Virus record (IMG/VR): IMGVR_UViG_3300009370_000009
Span: 26,383-90,382 of that record
DNA from: a virus
Length of the DNA stretch: 64,000 nucleotides
Direction: 5' to 3' (one strand)
Notes under the pieces: model-generated
Told to the model about the DNA's origin: nothing
Seen by the model: only the letters and a program-made list of their open reading frames with translations
The model's database searches: none
Position numbers and translations under genes: made by a program
Shown: piece after piece, positions 58,801 to 64,000 of the stretch
Position numbering within the stretch: position 1 is the first letter of the stretch
Layout of the letters: every line of letters begins with the position of its first letter

Positions 58801-58877
58801 TGTAAAATTACAAAAAACTACGGGTGGACGCTTTGTACTGAATTCATGTCCACCCGTCAAATTTTTGTAATTTTACA
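58801..58877. repeat. Box-hairpin-box element 4
   Basis: TGTAAAATTACA...ACGGGTGGAC-18nt-GTCCACCCGT...TGTAATTTTACA. Confidence 0.9.
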
Positions 58878-58895
58878 TTGTGGGGTAAATTACAG

Positions 58896-58921
58896 AACCC
58901 CCCGGCTTGTGCCGGGGGGTT
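58896..58921 (-). terminator. Stem-loop downstream of the 58941 gene
   Basis: AACCCCCCGGC-ttgt-GCCGGGGGGTT. Confidence 0.75.
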
Positions 58922-58940
58922 TGTAAGGTTTCAGGTTGGG

Positions 58941-59687
58941 TTATGTATGCTTACGGACTGCCTTGGCCCATGCTTCGGCCATTGCGGTTTCGTAAGTTTC
59001 GTCGGCCCAATCGTAGGGGTCGAATCCGGCTACCTCGCGGGCGGTGTCTTTGTAATCATTCATAACGATTTCCAGAAGGGCACCGCGGAAGTCGTTGGCC
59101 CGGGTCAGGTTTGTAAGGTATTCCTCTAGTTGCGTGACGGTGGGGGTCCGTCGTAGGTCCCATGCGTTCCGGCCTTTTGTAGGAATACGAAGTGACCGCG
59201 GGGCCTTCTGGTTCCACGCCTTGATGAGTGCCCGGAATTCTGTAATCTTATCAACAAAGACCATCCCGCCTTGAACGATCCCGGTAGCGACCGGGGGAGT
59301 TTGTAGGGTTACGTCCCGGCACTCAGCCCGCACCGGGCAAACCTTACAAATCTCCAGCGCGGCGTGGACCCTAGCGACCTTGTTCTTCTCAGAATCGACC
59401 GGGAAGAATGGATTCTTACAAAGTGCCCGGGGGGTGCCCAATCCCGACTTCCTATTGTTACGAATCACCGGCAACATTACAGGGTCGGCTTCCCAATCGC
59501 GACCGTGGCAGGCCGCCTGAGAAGTTACAAAGTTGTGCCGGTCGGTAATCCGCGACTTGCGGATCGTCCAGAAATTACGAACCAGCGGACGGTCGCTGAT
59601 CCGGCAGGTCAGCCATTCCGTAGCTTTACGAATTGGCAGAATCTCGCCGGGCTTGGCGAGTCGGACTTTCGGGAACCAGTTCATCAT
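58941..59687 (-). CDS. Extended WhiB-like protein (B2, paralogue of B1)
   Basis: AAC...NPFFP...ALEICKVCPVRAEC...GIVQGG; ATG 59687 or 59684 after GAAAG. Confidence 0.75.
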   Translation of the reverse strand: MMNWFPKVRLAKPGEILPIRKATEWLTCRISDRPLVRNFWTIRKSRITDRHNFVTSQAACHGRDWEADPVMLPVIRNNRKSGLGTPRALCKNPFFPVDSEKNKVARVHAALEICKVCPVRAECRDVTLQTPPVATGIVQGGMVFVDKITEFRALIKAWNQKAPRSLRIPTKGRNAWDLRRTPTVTQLEEYLTNLTRANDFRGALLEIVMNDYKDTAREVAGFDPYDWADETYETAMAEAWAKAVRKHT

Positions 59688-59747
59688 GTAATCTTTCGAT
59701 TTGGGTGATCCGACTATGTAGGTCGGCTGACCCGGAGGGTCACCCAA

Positions 59748-59820
59748 ATTCTACAGCACGGCACTTTGTAATGAGAACCTTTGCTTTTAATTACAAATCT
59801 ATTGTTAGCTGGGCCTAACA
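59748..59820 (-). promoter_or_regulatory. Cassette promoter with imperfect DtxR/IdeR-like palindrome
   Basis: TGTTAGCTGGGCCTAACA 59803-20; AAGCAA-N27-TAGAAT. Confidence 0.55.
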
Positions 59821-59898
59821 CGCCGGCAACCGATTCGTCCGTAACATTACAAACCAATAATCTCTATGTAAAATTACAAATCCACTAAATCCTGGGTT

Positions 59899-59968
59899 TG
59901 TAAAATTACAAAAAACTACGGGAGGGCAACTTATTCCTGGTTTCCGCCCTCCCGCTCGTGAAATTACA
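59899..59968. repeat. Box-hairpin element 5 (right box degenerate)
   Basis: TGTAAAATTACA...CGGGAGGGC-18nt-GCCCTCCCG; extra box at 59867. Confidence 0.85.
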
Positions 59969-60242
59969 AATGTGTCAATAATTTTTGCGTGAAATTACAA
60001 ATCTACTCAATAATCTAGTTTCAAACATTACAAAACGCTGGGGGTCGCCGGCTTTGTAATTTTACGGGGGAGGTGGTGGGTTTGTAATTTGTGGGGAAAT
60101 TCGTAATTGTTACAGTTATGTGACGATGTGGGAAATTGGGCGGAATTGGGCCAAATTACAAATCGGGGGACGATAGCGTGGGGGCGTTCCGCCGAACGGC
60201 GGGACCGGCCCCACATAGGCCGTTGACCCCGAAGGGGATGAC

Positions 60243-60722
60243 ATGCTGTACCTGTCCACCGCAATGATCCGGGCCGCGATCCTCGCGGCCCTGCCGCGAC
60301 TCCGCGGCGACACCGCGAAGCGTGACCGCTGGGCCGCGCTGTTCGCGGGTTGGTTGGCCCCGTCCACCGGGACCGCCACGACCATCACGGCCCCGACCAC
60401 CGGGACCGCTTCCAACGTGGCCCGCCGCGCATGGAAGCACGGCGACCCCTTGAAGGGCACCGTCCCGGTGTCCCTGTCCCGCTGGACCTTCGACGACCTG
60501 ATGGTGAAGGTGTCCACCGCGACCCCCACCGTCGCATCCCAGCGGATCGCGATCACTCAGGCCGTGGACAAGGTTCAGGCCGCGGTCGAGGCGATCCTCG
60601 CGGACAAGGGCGCGACGCTGGACGCGATCCCGGAGGTCGCGGTGTCCGTCGATCCGACCGGCGAGGGCGTCATCGTGACGGCCTACTACCACGACCACGG
60701 CGAGGTCCGCCCCGGCGGCTGA
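60243..60722 (+). CDS. GC-rich hypothetical protein (C1)
   Basis: YLS...ALPRLRGD.AKRDRWAALFAGWLAP...; GAAGGGG RBS; paralogue of 62311-62751. Confidence 0.8.
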   Translation: MLYLSTAMIRAAILAALPRLRGDTAKRDRWAALFAGWLAPSTGTATTITAPTTGTASNVARRAWKHGDPLKGTVPVSLSRWTFDDLMVKVSTATPTVASQRIAITQAVDKVQAAVEAILADKGATLDAIPEVAVSVDPTGEGVIVTAYYHDHGEVRPGG

Positions 60723-60734
60723 CCCCGGTAGGCG

Positions 60735-60767
60735 CGAGGCCCCCGGTCCGTTGGGCCGGGGGCCTCG
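60735..60767 (+). terminator. Stem-loop after C1
   Basis: CGAGGCCCCCGG...CCGGGGGCCTCG. Confidence 0.7.
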
Positions 60768-60897
60768 TCGCGTCCGGCCTGGGGGCGTCCAACTCGAGGT
60801 GCCCCAATAATCGAATTGGAAAATTACAAACTCGCCTAGCACATGGCGGGGGAAATTACAAATCCACTTTAGTTAGAGAAGCTAACTACTTGCTATC

Positions 60898-60973
60898 CGA
60901 GGGGCGCTCGTAGCGGAAGCGATATGCCACGAGCGCCCCTCGAATTTTTGTAATTTTCCTTTGTAATTTTACA
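60898..60973. repeat. Hairpin-box element 6
   Basis: CGAGGGGCGCTCGT-17nt-ACGAGCGCCCCTCG...TGTAATTTT..TGTAATTTTACA. Confidence 0.8.
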
Positions 60974-60997
60974 TAGTGGGTGTTGGTAATTTACAGA

Positions 60998-61023
60998 ACC
61001 CCCCGGCTGGTTCGCCGGGGGGT
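60998..61023 (-). terminator. Stem-loop downstream of the 61055 gene
   Basis: ACCCCCCGGC-tggttc-GCCGGGGGGT, nearly identical to 58896. Confidence 0.75.
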
Positions 61024-61054
61024 CTGTAGGGTTACGGACTGGGCTTCTGTAAGG

Positions 61055-61390
61055 TTACGTGTGCCAGATCCAGAGTTCGCCGTCCACGATCTCGCAGGTC
61101 ATCTTGTAATTTGCCGGAATGTAATTCTGCTTACAGCCTGAGAGGTGACGGAAGTAGTCTGCCATCATGCGGGCACAGGCCATGCGTGGCGAGTAGTGCT
61201 TTGTAACCTTAGTCAGTGCGTTGTCGAGGGGCGGCCCGGTCAGGATCAGAACCATGTCGGGATCGTTGGCCCAGTTTGTAATTGCTTCCAGCCATTCATC
61301 GTTCAGGCCGGATGCGCCGGGGTTCGCACATTCTGTAATCTCATGTAGGGACATGGAACGGGCGCTAGGGTTGATGATGCTTTCGGACAT
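61055..61390 (-). CDS. Hypothetical protein
   Basis: GAAAGGTTACACAATG start context. Confidence 0.7.
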   Translation of the reverse strand: MSESIINPSARSMSLHEITECANPGASGLNDEWLEAITNWANDPDMVLILTGPPLDNALTKVTKHYSPRMACARMMADYFRHLSGCKQNYIPANYKMTCEIVDGELWIWHT

Positions 61391-61401
61391 TGTGTAACCT
61401 T

Positions 61402-61587
61402 TCAGTTAGTCGGGACTTTGGTGCCGTGGATGATCCCGCAGGATGCGATCCCACATTCTGTAATCTTGTCATTCTGGAAGATTCCTTCCAGCGCCGTGTC
61501 GGCGGCGGTAGTGGTGGCATAGGTGCCAACCTTGACGGTGCGGCCGGTGTCGCTAGCCACGTACCAGACGGTCCATTGCTCTCTCAT
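61402..61587 (-). CDS. Hypothetical protein
   Basis: ATG 61587 after an identical GAAAGGTTACACAATG. Confidence 0.7.
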   Translation of the reverse strand: MREQWTVWYVASDTGRTVKVGTYATTTAADTALEGIFQNDKITECGIASCGIIHGTKVPTN

Positions 61588-61598
61588 TGTGTAACCTT

Positions 61599-61823
61599 TC
61601 AGCCGCAGTAGTCTGCGGGGTTGGGGCGGGTATCGCCGGTGTAGTATTCCCAGACGTAGTGCCAGTGGCATGAGTCTGTAATTATTGCTTCTAGGGCAAG
61701 GCAGGCTCCCCCGAAAGCAGCGACGCCGAAAATTACAAACAGGCATCGGATCAGGGTATCCCGCGTGGTGATCAGCGGGGTACCGGGGTGAATGTGGCGG
61801 GTGATGTCTAGGTGGTTCCTCAT
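61599..61823 (-). CDS. Small membrane protein, possibly leaderless
   Basis: TM-like CLFVIFGVAAFGGACLALEAII; TAGAGT -10 seven nt upstream of the ATG. Confidence 0.55.
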   Translation of the reverse strand: MRNHLDITRHIHPGTPLITTRDTLIRCLFVIFGVAAFGGACLALEAIITDSCHWHYVWEYYTGDTRPNPADYCG

Positions 61824-61989
61824 GGGAACCACTCTACACCAGCCTGGTTTGTAATTTGCTATTCATTTCTTATCCATTACATTCATGTTACAAATTACAA
61901 ACAATGTAAATGTCAAATTACTGTTACCCTTTTAGTAAAGTTCCAATAATGCGCTATGAAAGATTACAAACTCGTTCAATAATGTGAAT

Positions 61990-62067
61990 TGTAAAATTAC
62001 AAAGTTGCCGGGTGTTCATGGCACGCACTTCCGCCAGGAACACCCGCCGGCGATTTTATAATTTAAT
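61990..62067. repeat. Box-hairpin element 7 (right box degenerate)
   Basis: TGTAAAATTACA...CGGGTGTTC-20nt-GAACACCCG...TATAATTTAATA. Confidence 0.8.
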
Positions 62068-62310
62068 AGGCGATTTTCTCGGCAAATTCTATTTCCTAAA
62101 ACTCAGTTTCTCCTGAATTTTTATTCTCTAAATGGGCAGTTTCTCGGCGGATTTATTGCGTGGTTTGTCAATTGAATTGGCGGAGAAAATTACGTAATGG
62201 GAATAGAATTTCTGATCGCGTTCGGCCTGGTGATGCTCGATGTCCGACCCGTGGCCGAACGCGGAAAGGCGCCCGACCCCTTTCGGGACCGGGCGCCTGC
62301 CGCGCTGGGA

Positions 62311-62751
62311 TTAGCGGTCCAGCATGTAGGCGGTGACGGTCACGCCTTCAGCGTGCGGGTCCACGGACACGGCAGCCTGCGGGTCGCAGTCCAGCCCGTC
62401 CGCGAGATCCGCGATCGCGGACTGGATCTTGTCCACGGCTTGCGTGATCGCGATTCGCTGGGAATCCACGCTGGGGGTGGCGCTGGACGCCTTGACCATT
62501 AGGTCATCGAACGTCCAGCGGGCGATGCTGACCGGGCGGGTTCCGCGCAGCGGGTCGCCCGCCTTCCATGCGCGGCGGGCGACATTCGATGCCAGCCGCG
62601 TCGTGCCAGCGGTGATGGTGGTGCCACCATGGTTGGGGGCCAACCAGCCCGCGAACAACGCGGCCCAGCGATCGCGCTTCGCAGCGTCGCCGCGCAAGCG
62701 TGGAAGCGCGAGGATGATCGCCTTCCGGATGAGTGGGAGGGATAGGTACAT
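62311..62751 (-). CDS. GC-rich hypothetical protein (C2, inverted paralogue of C1)
   Basis: MYLS...ALPRLRGDAAKRDRWAALFAGWLAP...; GAAAGG RBS; stem-loop at 62268-62297. Confidence 0.8.
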   Translation of the reverse strand: MYLSLPLIRKAIILALPRLRGDAAKRDRWAALFAGWLAPNHGGTTITAGTTRLASNVARRAWKAGDPLRGTRPVSIARWTFDDLMVKASSATPSVDSQRIAITQAVDKIQSAIADLADGLDCDPQAAVSVDPHAEGVTVTAYMLDR

Positions 62752-62855
62752 GATGATCCTTTCGGGATCGGCGCCCGGTCGTTCCGGGTTCCCCGTCAGC
62801 GTAGCAGCATTCCGTAGCCTTTCCGCGCATCGGGCGGGCAATTCGTAGGGGCAAT

Positions 62856-62896
62856 TTCTATTCCTAATAAGTCCAGAATTCTATTCCTAATAAGTC
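62856..62896. repeat. 18-bp direct repeat TTCTATTCCTAATAAGTC x2
   Basis: 62856-73 and 62879-96. Confidence 0.85.
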
Positions 62897-62952
62897 ATTA
62901 ATTCTATTATGTAATAACTCAATTTCTAGACGAATTTAATTCGCTAAATAGC

Positions 62953-63028
62953 AAAATTACAAAAAAAAGGGAGCGCAAGCTCGCAAGCGCCTCGGTTGCG
63001 CTCCCTTCAAATTTTTTGTAATTTTACA
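62953..63028. repeat. Box-hairpin-box element 8
   Basis: AAAATTACA...AAGGGAGCGCAA-17nt-TTGCGCTCCCTT...TGTAATTTTACA. Confidence 0.88.
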
Positions 63029-63063
63029 GGCTGGGTTTGTAATTTTCCATAGAATAGACGCGG

Positions 63064-63105
63064 GAGAGTCCCCACCTTGTCCGACTTTGTAAGGTGGGGA
63101 CTCTC
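63064..63105 (-). terminator. Stem-loop downstream of the 63141 gene
   Basis: GAGAGTCCCCACCTT...AAGGTGGGGACTCTC. Confidence 0.75.
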
Positions 63106-63140
63106 AACCGCCCCGGAACCCATCCCGGGAGTTTGTAAGG

Positions 63141-63452
63141 TTACGCCATCGGGATCAGGTGGTCGTTCTCCCGGTGGGCGGGGACGGAGGCGTCGTGTGC
63201 GCCCAGTCCCCACGCCTTCTGCCAGAGGTCGGCCACGAATTCGGCCTGCTCCAGAGTGCGGCAGGGGAGGTGGAAGATTACAGAGTCGGACTGGTCGCCG
63301 GTCGGGGACTGGCACCAGATCTCCACTTTGTAATCTGCCCGGTCGTTGGCGACCACGAAGGCGGCTTCGACCTTGCCCGCCGGGGTGCGCATGGGGATGA
63401 TGGGACGGACTGCCATTCCGTCGCATCCGGTGGTTTCGGGTGATTCGTTCAT
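63141..63452 (-). CDS. Hypothetical protein
   Basis: ATG 63452 after AAGGAG-acattacaga. Confidence 0.7.
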   Translation of the reverse strand: MNESPETTGCDGMAVRPIIPMRTPAGKVEAAFVVANDRADYKVEIWCQSPTGDQSDSVIFHLPCRTLEQAEFVADLWQKAWGLGAHDASVPAHRENDHLIPMA

Positions 63453-63498
63453 TCTGTAATGTCTCCTTGTCGGGTACTTGGCTTCCCCAACAAGTACC

Positions 63499-63581
63499 AA
63501 GGTACATGATGCCGTTATGTAATGTCGTGCTTTGCGTGTGTCGTAGCTGAATCGTAACAATCGTGTTAGGTGTGCCTAACA
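63499..63581 (-). promoter_or_regulatory. Cassette promoter with DtxR/IdeR-like palindrome
   Basis: TGTTAGGTGTGCCTAACA 63564-81; ACGCAA-N27-TACCTT. Confidence 0.6.
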
Positions 63582-63781
63582 GGGTGGGAATAATGGAATT
63601 CAATAAATTACAGAATGGCGGCCTCTCTGTGTGTGTTCAATAATCCATCCTGTAAAATTACAAAGTCGTGGGTGGCGAAAATTACAGAGTAGCTGCGTGT
63701 GTGGCCGGCGTTCGGAATAATCGTTTTCGTAAAATTACAAAGTGGGTGCCGGCGAGGTAGTTAGGGAAGCTAACTACCAGG

Positions 63782-63813
63782 CCGAACACGTGTTCGGGGG
63801 AACGTATGTTCGA
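63782..63813. promoter_or_regulatory. Two tandem Gram-positive-type LexA (SOS) boxes
   Basis: CCGAAC-ACGT-GTTCGG and GAAC-GTAT-GTTCGA. Confidence 0.65.
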
Positions 63814-64000
63814 TGGATAGTTATTCAATTTTGTGAATAGTGCCGTGTGCGCGCCGTTGGAGAATGAGCGGAGCTCAATTCTGGCGCTCGTTTACGAGCG
63901 CCCAAAATTTTGGCCACTCTCCGTAGTCATGGGCTGGTCACTCTCCGTGGCTCGATGCCGGACCGGCCCCGGACGCGGACCGGCCCCGGCCCGTGATGGG

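Noticed and set aside
55751-63028. Canonical integron attC sites
   Set aside because: No RYYYAAC/GTTRRRY ends and no integron integrase in the window, and the cassettes have their own promoters; only the architecture is analogous.
57857-63603. Long opposite-strand or other-frame ORFs over B1, C1, C2 and the 63141 gene
   Set aside because: Expected in GC-rich genes; RBS, terminators and paralogue conservation support only the frames reported.
54881-63662. CRISPR array or guide-RNA array
   Set aside because: The units are about 1 kb apart and separated by genes. The repeats are not identical, and the loops resemble each other rather than being unique spacers. The Cas4-like gene is a stand-alone phage exonuclease in the recombination module.
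63915-63989. Short direct repeats CACTCTCCGT x2 and CGGACCGGCCCCGG x2
   Set aside because: Real, but only two copies each at the window edge, so they cannot be interpreted without the downstream sequence.
1-64000. Stop-codon reassignment
   Set aside because: Core genes are full length in the standard code and no suppressor tRNA was found; the 48125 anticodon loop reads TCT, not CTA.

Overview
This window is part of a large lytic-type tailed phage genome, most likely infecting an actinobacterium. The evidence is four WhiB-like genes, an actinophage-type holin, GAAAGG Shine-Dalgarno sequences and Gram-positive-type LexA boxes. Positions 1-54354 are densely coding on the + strand. In order they hold tail/baseplate genes (to ~10.4 kb), an HNH nuclease, a metallophosphoesterase and a holin. 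Next comes a replication/recombination module (DnaB, primase, SSB, HAD nucleotidase, dCMP deaminase, DnaE, RecA, resolvase-like, Cas4-like, RuvC). Then follow two MT-A70 and one dual-coded C5 methyltransferase, an IMPDH/GMP-reductase-family gene and a terminase. The last ~20 kb of this part are small accessory genes with four tRNAs (Leu-TAA, Lys-TTT, Arg-TCT, Ile-TAT) and a candidate structured ncRNA. From ~54.8 kb to the end the organisation changes abruptly. GC-rich genes, mostly on the - strand and often paralogous pairs, sit in self-contained promoter-gene-terminator cassettes. The cassettes are separated by a conserved box-hairpin-box element: TGTAAAATTACA, a GC stem with compensatory changes, a 16-20 nt loop, then TGTAATTTTACA. 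The region is saturated with TGTAA-NN-TTACA palindromes. It also carries a fixed-spacing promoter class, DtxR/IdeR-like palindromes and tandem LexA boxes. This cassette array is the best candidate for an undescribed system. All assignments are by eye from motifs; no database searches were run.
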